DNA of 64,000 nucleotides from Octopus vulgaris (taxonomy: Eukaryota). Numbering within the stretch: the stretch's first letter is position 1; every line of letters starts with the position of its first letter. A program made the translations under genes and the position numbers. Below the pieces are notes generated by a model. It was not told the origin of the DNA. It saw nothing but the letters and a program-made list of their open reading frames with translations, and ran no database searches. The DNA lies in the NCBI GenBank assembly GCA_951406725.2, contig OX597826.1:19406001-19470000 (forward strand), written 5' to 3'. Shown here piece by piece: positions 13,100 through 27,809 of this stretch.

Positions 13100-14200
13100 G
13101 AGATAAGGATGTCGCAAATATCTACAACTGAAACAAAATGTCGAGTGTACCATACCAATGGGAAAGAAACTCCCATATCATCAAAAGCTTTCTAAAGATG
13201 TTTCGATGAGATACGACATTATTGCCAATACTATTTACAATACTATCCGCAAGAATGGCATCGTAAATAGTGTCGATTGACATACAAGTGGTGCATCAAG
13301 CCAAAAATGTATCAGTAGCATTACATATAAAGCAAACTGGTGGAATATTCCTGCCTATCAGTAACAGAAACGAACAATAGTAAAGCAGTGAACTGCTTTA
13401 CTATTGTTCGTTTCTGAGCAGGTTGTAACTTGAAAAAAAAAAAAAAAAAAATTAGAACGTAGAGGAAATAGACCATATCAACAAATTTATAACATTTAAT
13501 GTTAAAGGTTAGATCTATGAGATTCTAGAACATGAAATGCTCAAGTACTTTATGTACAGAAGTTAATAAGAATATTGTTGGCAATAAACGCGGATTACAG
13601 AAAACAAAATACAAATATCAGCCACATTATTGACAACTGAGGGAGAATATCTTGTGAAGATTACCTGCTCGTAAGATATATTTAGTTAGCTCTAGAAATC
13701 TGGAAGAGAGTAATAAAGAAAACATAATCGCCGATAAAGATTTCTCAAAGAATGTTTATAATAACAAAAGAAAAAGAAAATTAATCCTTGCTACCAAAAA
13801 ATGGGAAATCAGTATAACCTCTGAAAAGCTAACAATGAAGGAAAACAATCAACGTATATTCGGAGATGGATACATAAAAAGTTAAATTCTTCCACTTCCA
13901 TAATTCAAATTCCTGTTGAAAATAGGGAGAAAACAAACAAAAAATTGAACGGAATTGTAATGCAGGGATGAAAACTGGTTATTGTAAGGGGAATCATTTC
14001 AAAGTTGTTTGGAAATAATATACGTGGAACAGAGGGAAAAATTAGATGTAGGAGTATTTCAATTTTAAAGTTCAGTTTGATACGGAATAACCTCGGCCGC
14101 ATTCTCAGCGACTGTAATATAGAATCACAACAACATACGTAAAATAAATAGTGTGTCATTCATAGAGGTACTTAGTGAAAGTAGATGGTGATCTCCTCCG
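13100..14200 (+). mobile_element. possible highly degenerate Penelope-like RT/GIY-YIG remnant
   Basis: Only weak motif remnants are visible (SIDIQV...IKQT; CNA...IYV). It contains a perfect 25-bp-arm palindrome. Confidence 0.3.
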
Positions 14201-14295
14201 GAAGTGTCAATAGTTTTTTTCCTTAGTATTTCAGAGTGTTTCCGGTCGAGTAATGGAGTTGGTGCTTGCTTTGCATATATCTTTCTCTCTCTCAC

Positions 14296-14334
<39 letters not shown>

Positions 14335-14654
14335 GTCTCTGTCTCTCTCTCTCTCTCACACACACACACATACATGCACACATTTGTGAGTCAGTCGGTT
14401 GTTTCTATCTGAGATTTACTGGAGAAGTGCAGTACATTGAAGTGGATATGGAAACTGAGGGAAAGGGTAGGGCATGAAAGAGAGAGCGAGGGATTGCATA
14501 TATGAGAATTATATGTAAATATCTGTGTCTGTATATGCGCACATACATCTGCATACATATCATTTACAGATATGCAGAGACAGTGAGAGGAGAAAAAAAC
14601 TAAAGAAAGAAAGAATATAAGTGGCCGACTGACACACCCAAAAAATGATGAAGT

Positions 14655-14690
<36 letters not shown>

Positions 14691-14728
14691 ACTTCATCAT
14701 ATATATATGTGCAGAGGGAGAGGGCGAG

Positions 14729-14729
<1 letters not shown>

Positions 14730-14803
<74 letters not shown>
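14730..14803. repeat. (GA)n microsatellite
   Basis: Read directly from the sequence. Confidence 0.95.
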
Positions 14804-14808
<5 letters not shown>

Positions 14809-15247
14809 AGTAAAACAGTTATATGAAGATATACAAGAAGGCATACTTTTCACATTGCACAGTGTTAAGAAGTAACGACGGAAGGAAAAACAGAGACTCA
14901 ATTAAGTTACTGCTTGTCCTGTGTCTAATTTTAATCTATTTGACCTGATTATTCATTATGACACTGTGTACCCATGTTCTTCAAACGAGGGTTTTTTTCC
15001 CATCTTTTTACTATTTATTACTTGACCCAGTCCACCTTCTGGGCATGAGTTTGTATTGTGGCAGCATTTCCATCCAATTCCTACAATCACACATTTTCAC
15101 TTTGATCCTAATGCGCCTTCATTGATATTTTGAGATAATATTTTTTAGTATTTTATCCATTACCTGTTTCTGTATAATATTAAGGATTTTTCATATCGCG
15201 GTATTTGAAATACATGTCTGTATATATAAGCATACACATATGTATTC

Positions 15248-15283
<36 letters not shown>

Positions 15284-15347
15284 TCGGGGTGAGTACTTGA
15301 TAATTATAAGCACCTGTGTATACCGTTTGGTGGTGTAGGTGGTGGAG

Positions 15348-15492
15348 TAAATTGATCAAAATAAAATAAAAACATGATGCGAAGGATTCAGCGGTACATA
15401 TGTTTCGGGCCTTTAAATCTGTCTAATAAAGGCCCGAAACATATGTACCGCTGAATCCTTCGCATCATGTTTTTATTTTATTTTGATCAATT

Positions 15493-15494
<2 letters not shown>
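15348..15494. repeat. perfect inverted repeat (68-bp arms, 11-nt loop) between (TA)n tracts
   Basis: 15348-15415 is the exact reverse complement of 15427-15494. Confidence 0.95.
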
Positions 15495-15536
<42 letters not shown>

Positions 15537-15750
15537 CATACACATATGTATGTGTGTGTATGTTTATATATATATATAAACATACACACATATACATATA
15601 TGTATGCTTATATATATATATAAATCCTTAAAATCCTTTAAAATGTTTTAGCCCAAAGGCCGCGGCCATGCTGGGGCACCAGCGCTGTTTATATATATAT
15701 ATGTTTATATATATATATATATATATATAGATATACACACACATAATATA

Positions 15751-15790
<40 letters not shown>

Positions 15791-16166
15791 CGCATGTGTG
15801 TATGTGTGTGTGCGTGTATGTGTGTGTGTGTGAGTGAATTGACAGAGTATTTAGAGGGTCTAATAGAATAATTTATTTTATTTCTTTCAGTTCTTTGCTT
15901 ACTCCAAATCCAAGGATTTTTTAAAATCCCTTCAAATTTCACCCCTAAAATTTTTTACTAATTCTCTATAATCCAGGGGCATCAGACAAGTCGGTAAAGA
16001 TCAGCAATTTAATTTTCTCTTTTTGTCCTTATTCACCAAGATGTCCCTTCCCCTGACCAAATACTGGGACATCTTACGAATTCCTTCTGTATAAAGCCGG
16101 AAAAGAATTCATAACTACTAATTATTTATTTTCCATTTAAATACTTAATAATTACCACCCAAGTAA

Positions 16167-16198
<32 letters not shown>

Positions 16199-16617
16199 GC
16201 ACACATACATATTTTTACATTTCAAAATGTAACCACATGTAAACCGTGGGTTTTTTCCTCCGTCTTTCTTTTCTATTGGACTTACCACTGTTTTTGAAGA
16301 GAAGCTTTGCTCGAAACGTTAAACCACCTTTCCTTCCTTTCCTGAACGTCCGCTAATACTTTACATGTACCACGTTCTCGCGTTGTTGATTTTCTTTGTG
16401 TTTGTTCTTCGTTTTATTGGGGGGGGGCTTTACTATCTTATATATATGCATACATATGTTTATATCAGATGCATACATATATATATACATATACACATAT
16501 GTTTATATCGTATGCATATATACATACATGCATATATATATATATTTATATATATGTATACATATACACATGTTTATATCGTATGCATACATACATATAT
16601 ATGTATGTGTGTATATG

Positions 16618-16657
<40 letters not shown>

Positions 16658-16660
<3 letters not shown>

Positions 16661-17326
16661 TTGCGGCCAAAATGTTCAGAACGGCATTGTTTTCGTCAGA
16701 AAAGTAGATATAATTTTGTTATCAAAGTTGTTTTATATTTTATAATTTTCACAGACAATAAATACGATATTATTTGTTATTGCCTGAGATTTTGGTGTAA
16801 TTTAAGATGATAATACAAAAGTTATGGATTTAGTGATTGGCCAGCTCAAAGCCCAGATCTCAATCCTATTGAAAATGTATGGAATATTCTAGGAGAAGGT
16901 TCGAAAGCCAGAAATCCTAAAATAACTGAGCAATTATGGAATGCCCTTCAGGAAGAATGGAATAAGATCAACCAGCAAGAAATTGAAAATTTAATTTCCT
17001 CATGCAGTCGAAGATGTCAGAGTGTGATTGAAGCTAAAGGGCTTCACACTAACTATTAAATAATTCCAGTATTCTCTGTCATTTTTGATTATCTTGTTAT
17101 TTTTTCAACCGTTCTGATCATTTTGGCCGCCATACGTTTTGCAGTAAATCACTAAATCATCCATAACTTTTGTATTATCCTCTCAAATTACACCAAAATC
17201 TCAGACAATAACAATTAATATTGTATTTATTGTCTGTGAAAATTATAGAATATAAAACAACTTTGATAAAAACTTATACCTACTTTTCTGACGAAAACAA
17301 TGCCGTTCTGAACATTTTGGCCGCAA

Positions 17327-17329
<3 letters not shown>
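16658..17329 (+). mobile_element. internally deleted Tc1-family DNA transposon
   Basis: TIRs of ~170 bp start CAGTTGCGGCCAAAATG and are flanked by TA. The inner repeat CCGTTCTGATCATTTTGGCCGC lies at ~17109. The transposase C-terminus reads WPAQSPDLNPIENVW...CQSVIEAKGLHTNY*. Confidence 0.92.
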
Positions 17330-17379
<50 letters not shown>

Positions 17380-17504
17380 ACATACAATAAGATATAATAA
17401 TATATTAAGATATATTAAATACATTATAATATAGGTGGCTATAGCAATTAAAACCAAAAAGGTAAAATTAATAAATGAAGGTGCAAAATAGCATCTACAA
17501 TTGC

Positions 17505-19312
<1,808 letters not shown>

Positions 19313-19357
19313 TACAAGGTATACCTCCTTCTCGTGTGTGACCCTTCTGTCCGAGTC

Positions 19358-19634
19358 AGACGCCATGACAGATCGTTCACCACTACACACATTTTTTCTC
19401 TCCTTGTTTTTTCTGTGTCCCTTTCTGTAGAAGAGCGTAGGCTCGAAACGTAAAAGACTTTTTCTATTCCTGAGCGTTATACTAATACATCTGTTTGTTT
19501 TGTATACCACCTGTCTTCGTGTTTTGTTTTTTTTTCGTAAATTTTCCGTATATATATATATATATATGATTGATTGATTGATTGATTCCAGTTCCAGCCT
19601 ATGAGCTGTGGCCATGCTGGGGCACCGCCATATG

Positions 19635-19701
<67 letters not shown>

Positions 19702-19717
19702 ATATATATATGTATAC

Positions 19718-19753
<36 letters not shown>

Positions 19754-19963
19754 ATATATATATATGTGTGTATAAAGGGAAAGTTTACGAAAATAAACAA
19801 AAGACGAAGACAGGTGGTGTACAAACAAACAGATGTATTAGTATAACGCTCAGAAATAGAAAAAGTCTTTTACGTTCCGAGCCTACGCTCTTCTACAGAG
19901 GGGTACATAGAAAAACAAGGAGAGAAAAAATGTGTGTATTAGCTAACGATCTCTCATGGCGTC

Positions 19964-19965
<2 letters not shown>
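19358..19965. mobile_element. tail-to-tail inverted pair of a ~190 bp Penelope pLTR-like repeat
   Basis: 19358-19547 and 19779-19965 are diverged reverse complements separated by (TA)n. They contain GAAGAGCGTAGGCTCGAAACGT. A third copy lies at 32375-32590. Confidence 0.7.
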
Positions 19966-20018
<53 letters not shown>

Positions 20019-20065
20019 TACACGCATATGTTTATATAAGACACACATACATACATTATATGTAC

Positions 20066-22027
20066 ATAAATAAATGGAGTTAAACGCAGACATCATTTGT
20101 ATCATTCCAAAGGAATAAATTGGTGTGAAACAATGTAATGTTCTCTTCAGGGGAATGAAGAAATAAAACTCGTCAATAAGACATTTTAACAGAATATGAT
20201 GGATATGTATAGTGATGAACTGAATGCTATTAAGTTGTTTTTTTTAAAATAAAAACGTTAGAGGATATAACGTCAAAGGTACCCTATAGAAAGAGGAGGG
20301 ATAAAGGAAAAAACCAAATCAGAAACCAAATAAATGAGAAATATAGAATGATATGTGAACTAAATAAAAGCCTAAATCTTGGAAAAAGATATATCTAGTG
20401 GAAGTGAAATGTAAGAAGAAAATCAATGTTTAAATTATATATAATGGCACATGTCACTTATATGAACTAAAGGTATGTTTCTGCCCATGTTTACATCGAA
20501 AAGCATGCTCTATAACCGTGCTTACAAGGGCATTTTTAGAAAAAGAATAAAAAATAGTTCACAATTACAGAGATGACAAAAGTCCTTGCCTTTGTCATAA
20601 GGGAACGAAATGGAGAGAATCAACCAATCTAAATTAAATTGTTTATTATGGTCTTTTAGATACCAAATTTATTTACTAAGCTCTGTACTGTTACGTTTAT
20701 TACTATCCCTTAATGTAGAGTAATGATTAGAAATTATTTTAGATAACTGAGAAGAAGAACTATCTATATAAAAAAGACATCGGTACCTGAAGTAATTTTA
20801 CACTGGTATACAGAGTTTTTAATCTTAGAATTACTAGGCATAAACTTCATTTTGTTGGAATTGACTTCAGAGACAATAACCTTGCTATTAATATTTCTAG
20901 GGGGATGGATGGCATTAGCTAAATTAATGTTAGGATTAGTAATTGGATTCTTGTTTAACAGACTAATATTATGTGAGGAGATAATTTGTGAGAGATTTTT
21001 TGTGTTGGAAAAACCAATCCTAGCCGTTTGCGAGTAATACCTAGAATTCTTTGGAAATTCCTAATAATAGCTTCCCGAAACTGGAAAGGAAGATTAGATT
21101 TAATTTGGAATAATCAACCAAATAGTTTTGCTATTAGTTGCCTTATTTTTAGGGTAACTATCTTTGAAAGACATTGATTTATCTTTAGAATGAAAAAAAA
21201 CGGGTTTAAATTAGGGTTATCTCCCTTCCTCTGTTTGGTGTTGGCGTATAAATTAACATTGATATCGTTTATATTCTTACAACTAGATTTCGTGTCTCCA
21301 ACAGTAAAGGTAGAATAACATTGAATGGAATTAATGTAGGTAACTTTCTCTGTATAACCTGCTTTAAGTAAGGCAGAGTTATAAAATTCGGCCTTATCAT
21401 TGAAAATGTCAACATTAGCAGATAACTTAGACGATCTAAATGAAATAAATATTCTTAACTAAGTTCCTAGTAATTGTCCTAGAATGATTACTGAATTTGC
21501 TAATATACTTAAGATTGGTCGATTACGAATTATTGTGTAAGTTAAGTGTAATATCTAAAAAGTTGGCTTTCGTTACATCATCATCAAAAACAAAGCCTAC
21601 GATCATTCTACGGAAAAGACCTCCATTGATGCTAGGGAACTGGTCTGCCATTTCATAAAGTGTATATATAAAGAGCAAATCAGCTACTTGAGCTGAATCA
21701 GAACTTCTCATCGTAACATCAAAACCATCGGGTATGTGTTGATAGATATTCTGGCACAACATTAATTTCTTCCCTGGTGAGACCAGCTTTGTTATGAGCA
21801 AGCCAAAGTGCCTTATTAAGTATTATTGGGTTGATGGAGGAATAAAAACTAGAAATGTCAAACTGGATAATATTAGTGCTGCTCTTATTAGTAATAGAAC
21901 TAAACCAGTAGACGACTTGGAATGAATTGGACCATAAAGTAAGCTTTCATTTTTAATACCAATGGTGTCTTCGAAACATGTGTCGGAAGAATTTGAATAA
22001 CACCTGCGTTTAACTCCATTTATTTAT
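20066..22027 (-). mobile_element. 5'-truncated Penelope-like element (RT C-terminal half plus GIY-YIG) with an inverted terminal copy
   Basis: The minus strand encodes FDVTMRSSDSAQVADL and NFLDITLNL, plus the GIY-YIG region SVYQCKI...FYI...SNHYS...STELSK and CHLC. The termini 20066-20089 and 22004-22027 are perfect 24-bp inverted repeats. Confidence 0.8.
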
Positions 22028-22188
22028 ATATATTATATAAAATCTTTCACATAAACCCGGAGTTACTACCTTTAAAAACAATGTGTTACACCCTTTTTAC
22101 GTGTGTGATTTTTTGCTACCCAGGTAACTTTATCTAATTTTTCCGTGTTAATTGTAAACAAGGGGAAAATACACACATCTATTTATAC

Positions 22189-22247
<59 letters not shown>

Positions 22248-22282
22248 GTATGTATTTATTTATTTATATATATATGTATATA

Positions 22283-22800
22283 GAGTCATCTCATAAATAA
22301 TGTGTTTTTTATATATTTCTTTTATTTTTCAAAATTAAGATAAACAAATTTTTTAAAAATCTAAAATATACTCTCCTTCATTTTCTACAATGCTCTTCCA
22401 TCTATATGGTACACTTACAAGGCTCCTCTTCCAAAATTCACTTGTCCGTAACGAAAAATACTCCTCCAGTACTGTTCTGACCTCATCTGTAGAATTCATA
22501 TTTTTCCCGTCCAAATAATTTGGAAGACTGCATGACAATCAGATGGGACAATGTCCGCGAATATGGTAGGTGGGGTATTGTTTCTCATTGAAACTGCTCC
22601 AGCCTTTCGAATGTCATCCTTGTTGTATGTGGCCGAGCATTATCCCGATGGAAGAACACCTTTCGTCTTGAAAGCAAACATGGTTTATTTTGTCAGTGCA
22701 AAGTGTTTTTTTAAATGGTGCAATAAGTTGATGAATCTGTTTGATCTACTTTGACCAAGTCAAATTCATTTTTGTTCGACTTCTGTTTAACAAACAATTC
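22283..22800 (-). mobile_element. mariner-type transposase 3' fragment
   Basis: The minus strand reads DNARPH, PPTIFADIVPSD (a YSPDLAPSD-like motif) and EYFSLRTSEFWKR...RWKSIVENEGEY. Confidence 0.85.
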
Positions 22801-23299
22801 ATAAATTTCTTTGACAACTAAATCATTAAGTTCTTTACCTAATGAACTACACGCATCTTCACTTTTCTCTTTCTCTTTTTCCCATGCATTCATCTGCACC
22901 GCACACATACCTCTCACTACCCTCAGACCTACAAACATACACTTAACACAGCTTCCGATAATACATGCATATTTCCCTTTGCCTACCGCTCATATGTACA
23001 TTTACACCTTTCATTTCCACTCGCGCATGTAACCACTGCTATACCTCTACCAGTTTGTTCTCTTCATACACATGCGCACACACCAGCATGCTGACAGACA
23101 TAAATACATATACACACATAGTTTGTATATTATATAATTGACCAAGTATTGACCTATATCGAATAAACATTTCCATCCCGTTTATTCTTGTTGTTTTATT
23201 CTTTTCCTTCTCTTAATCTTTAAATCAACTGACTACTGAACAATATACCTAATACGATTCGTGATCTTTTACCGTTTTTTAGTACATTCAAGAAAATAA

Positions 23300-23720
23300 T
23301 ATTCCGTCATTTGTTTAACAAAACCATGGCCTAGACACCGCAGGCCTCCCTTCCCAGCTCGAGCCAGTGAGGCCAGACTAGGTGGGGGTTGGAGCGGTAA
23401 AAGGCCTGGCGGTATGACAATTTTCCCGTTCCGTAGCGGTAGGCCCTTCATTTGGAATGCCACATGCGGCAACTTGGTACGTTCAGCCACCAGCCCAGGC
23501 TCTGCTGATCGTCAGGCTGAGAAGAGCAAACTAACAAGGTATCGGTCGCCCTCTGACAGGTTTATGGTCGAGCCTGTAGCAGTGGAGACCTCCAGTATTC
23601 TCGGCCCCCGGACCATATTCCTGCTCACCGTTATCGGGGAGGAGATGGCTATTCGCAAGTGCAAGCGCCGTAAGTCAGAGTAGCTGTCCCAGCGCATCTC
23701 CCTCACCATCCCCCGTTTCC
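23300..23720 (+). mobile_element. CRE-clade non-LTR retrotransposon RLE-domain fragment
   Basis: AGLPSQLEP...GKRPGGMTIFPFRSGRPFIWNATC...AEKSKLTRY...PVAVETSSILGP...LSQRIS follows the CRE pattern KRPDG..WD.T..AE..K..KY..AVET.G..QRIS. Confidence 0.75.
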
Positions 23721-23991
23721 AATTTACCATTTTGTCTGCTGGGAATATAAGGTAGTCTGAATTACAGGGAATTGAACGTTCCACTCCTTAATGTAAAATT
23801 ACTAAATTGCTCTTTAACAAACTTCAATATTTTTAATGTACTTCTTTCCTTTATAAAAGCGCGAGCAGACGAAGCTCTTTCACTGATTGAACTTCATCAG
23901 TCAACTTCATCTTCACCATAAATTTGACTCTTTAAACTATTCAGTAAAAGTTCCGTTGTTGTTCTTAAACTTGCTCTAAGATAATAAGATT

Positions 23992-24058
<67 letters not shown>

Positions 24059-24139
24059 ACACACACACACGTAAGTATACGTTTATCAATTAATTTTGCA
24101 AGATTCCTGATGTGAAATCGTGTGTTGAAACATGTATTG

Positions 24140-24664
24140 TTGTATTTCGGGACGGTCATTTTATTTATTATTATTTTTTTTTTGCCAAATAAACTATATA
24201 TATATTTTTTCTTCACTCGTTTATTAGTGTTATATAATTATTTTAACGCATGTCCATTGTCCGGAAATCTTTCGTCGCACATCTGTGACCTCTTCGGCGA
24301 CACTTTTTGTTTCCGTGTGTGTTCTTGCTCCACTTATTCCAGGAGCAAGAACACACACGGAAACGAAAAGTGTCGTTGAAGGGGTCACAGATGTGTGACG
24401 AAAGATTTCCGGACAATGGACAGGCGTTAAAATAATAAAATAACAGTAATAAACGAGTGAAGTATACATATAAGTATACTCTTTTACTGTTTTACTTGTT
24501 TCAGTCATTTGACTGTGGCCATGCTGGAGCACCGCATTTAGTCGAACAAATCAACCCCAGGACTTATTCTTAGTAAGCCTAGTACTGAACCGCTAAGTGA
24601 CGGGGACGCAAACACACCAGCATCGGTTGTTAAGCGATGTTGGGGGACAAACACAGACACACAA

Positions 24665-24754
<90 letters not shown>

Positions 24755-25022
24755 GTGTATATGTATACGACGGGCTTCTTTCAGTTTCCGTCTACCAAAT
24801 CCATTGACAAGGCTTTGGTCGACCCGAGGCTACACTTTCCCAAGGTGCCACGCAGTGGGACTGACCCCGGAACCATGTGGTTCGTAAGCAAGCTACTTAC
24901 CACACACCCACTCCTGCGTCAATGTATATATTGTACGTGTGTTTATTTGGCAAAAAAATATGAATAAAATATGAATAATAAAATATGAATAATAAAATAT
25001 GAATAAAATGACCATCCCAAAA
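24140..25022. mobile_element. foldback (head-to-head) pair of a pLTR-like repeat; the right arm is interrupted by a SINE
   Basis: 24210-24330 and 24340-24461 are near reverse complements. The arm similarity resumes after the SINE at 24925-25022. A related copy lies at 33490-33628. Confidence 0.7.
24479..24921 (-). mobile_element. tRNA-derived CORE-type SINE (octopus OR2-like)
   Basis: The head reads GCAGGAGTGG..TGGTAAG...CCGGGGTCAGTCCC, followed by CORE-like GCACCTTGGG and an internal microsatellite. The tail is GGTGCTCCAGCATGGCC...AAAAGAG. Confidence 0.85.
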
Positions 25023-25125
25023 TATGTGACCGCGTGTGTATCGTTGGCGATTTTCTTTCTCCGTCTTTCCTTCTTTGGACTTTTTCCATGTTGTTGTTTT
25101 TTCTTGCTTGTTCTTGTTTGGATTG

Positions 25126-25184
<59 letters not shown>

Positions 25185-25313
25185 AGCCAAGATAAAACTC
25201 AGGGCTTTATCTTGGCTACCGAATAATTGTCACATATTATTTTACAGATAAATTTCTTCTATTTACATAATATTGAGGTCTCGTTCTTTCTTTTGTTATC
25301 TTACCGTTTTTGC

Positions 25314-25361
<48 letters not shown>

Positions 25362-25386
25362 CTTAAATGCATGATGGGCATCGGCA

Positions 25387-26781
25387 TTGCGATTAAAAGA
25401 AAACTTTAGGCGACCATGAAATATTGGCTTTTGGTTTATGCACAAGGATATGAGGGTACATTGCAATGAGGTGGAGCGAGTGGCATTTTATAACATTCAT
25501 GCTCTGATGTTAGACGTTGATCTCAAATTTTGGCACAAGGCCAGAAATTTCGGGGATCGGGTAAGTCAACTGTAACGACCCCAGCACTCAACAGGTACTC
25601 ATTTTATCGAACCCGAAGGACGAAAGGCAAAGTCGACCTCGGCGGAATTTGAACGCAGAACGTGAATACGGATGATTCAGCCTGCTAACGATTCTGCCAG
25701 CCTTTCTTGAAATGAAGCAATTGCTTCGGGAATTTCCTTCAAAAGACTCTCTAATCGATTCAGCATCATTGCTCAGGTGTCAGTGGTAAGGTGTACAAAC
25801 TCAATAGGAAATCACACGCTTTATAGTATAGAGACTGGATAATGAAATTGTATTTCATTTCTTTTCCGAGGAGTGTACAGGAGAACAAGAATCCGTTAAA
25901 AATAATCCTTAATTCAATGGTGACTCCAGCTTATTTCAGTATCCTTTGTATGTATTCGGAATATCCACTGACCATTTAAAGAAAAATCAATACGTAACAG
26001 AATTGTAGAAACGGTTTTGGAATATCAGTAAAGCCTTAGTGCAACTAAAGACCTACTTTCTCTCTTTCCCCGCACCCCCCTCTCTCTCTCACACACACAC
26101 ACACAAATAATTAGAAAAATAAGTTACTAATATTGAATAGTTGTTTGTAGATTTTAGTTCTCTTTTTTCTTTTTCTTTGGGTCTCAAGCGCATAAAGATT
26201 TTGTCTTGCACCTAAACAGCCCAGAATTTATCCCAGTTTCCGTAGAAGGAGGTAAGTGGTGAGGAGAAATAGTTTCCCTTTTTCTTTTTTTTCTTTCTTT
26301 TTTTTTTGGCGGGGGCTGCTTTCTATTAGTATATTTCGACATCTAAGCCAGTCGGTACAGTTTGGGCTGAGTGGGACGTGAGATAGTGGGGTAGAATAGT
26401 AACTAAATTGATACAGCTACTCAGCACCCGCTACCCTCATTGCAACCTCTTAACTGTCTATAAATACACATGTGCACCAAATGCACTTGAATACGCGTGT
26501 AAAGAAAGAGAAAAAGAGTGAGTGAGAGAGAGAAAGTGAAAGAGAGAATGATGAGGAGAAGAAAGTGATAGAGAGAGAGAGACAAAGAAAGGGAGAGAGA
26601 GAGAGAGAGGGGTTCTTGTGTAAATACTTTCCCTATTTCATTTTACCCTAACGTGTTAAGCTTTTAGAGATTTAAGTAAACCATTATAATAATGTTACGT
26701 ATGGTATTTAGTAGTTGTTGCTGAGATAGAGAGATGATAAAGATAATTTCTTCTTCTCCATCTACCTAAACTCTCTCACCC

Positions 26782-26815
<34 letters not shown>

Positions 26816-27263
26816 CCTGAATATATATACGATTATCGGAGGTATATACATGCATTTGTAAACACCCGACTCCACATTTATGTTTATATCAGCATAAGAA
26901 TATTGTCGTTTATATTGTACGGTTCCCAAAGAGTCAATTGCTTTATTCCATAATACTTATGTTTTACGATTTTTAGATGCTTTTAATTCGCTATCCATTA
27001 TTCTTTTCCTGATATAAGTCCATTTTGATATTTTCTACCAGAATAGACCGGTTTCATCAGCCGTAGATATTTGCTTTCAAAAACAGAAACCTATTATTTT
27101 AGCTAATTTTGACAGATTCTTATAGTTTACTCTGAAGGCTCTTGCGATTAAAAGAAAACTTTGGGCGACCATGAAATATTGGCTTTTGGTTTATGCACAA
27201 GGATATGAGGGTACATTGCAATGAGGTGGAGCGAGTGGCATTTTATAACATTTATGCTCTGAT
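25387..27263 (+). repeat. 122-bp direct repeat pair (25387-25508 and 27142-27263)
   Basis: The two copies differ at about 2 positions by eye. Confidence 0.9.
25520..25703 (-). mobile_element. OK-like SINE
   Basis: It carries the AAAGGCAAAGTCGACCTCGGCGGAATTTGAA core seen at 1580-1970. Confidence 0.8.
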
Positions 27264-27536
27264 ATAAATATAATATATAAATATAAGGTAAAAGCCTGAT
27301 CAGCTTTCTCCATGCAAGTAAAAAGCTTTGATTTTAAAATTAGTAAGTCATGGAAATCCATGTTGTAAGAGATTAGGTGCTTGATTTTTTAATGTTGGTT
27401 TGATTAAAAATTCTTACTGCTCTTTGTCGCAAAACTAATTCCAGGCAATCCATTTGGGATTTTATTTTCTGTCACTTCTGTCAAAAGTAATAAATTCCTT
27501 TTTCACTATTGTCTCTATAATATTACTACGTAGGTT

Positions 27537-27733
27537 AAGAAGGTGGGCTAGCAGAATTGTTGCAGCGCCAGACAAAATGCGTAGCGGCATTTCGTCCGTC
27601 TTTACGTTCTGAGTACGATTTAGCCTTTCATCCTTTTGCGGTCGATAAAATAAGTACCATTTGAGTGCTGGGGTCAATGTAATCGACTTTCCCCCTCCCC
27701 GATCTTGCTGGCTTTGTGCCAAAATTTAAAACC
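27537..27733 (+). mobile_element. OK-like SINE with an 18-bp TSD
   Basis: AATATTACTACGTAGGTT flanks both sides (27519-27536, 27734-27751). The GCCTTTCATCC...GTCGATAAAAT core is present. Confidence 0.85.
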
Positions 27734-27809
27734 AATATTACTACGTAGGTTTATGATTACAATGACTCGGCTCTGTTCCTTTGGTTTATTTTAATTATTC
27801 TAACAATAG

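Noticed and set aside
25387-27263. LTR retrotransposon
   Set aside because: There are no TG/CA termini, PBS, PPT or gag/pol remnants.
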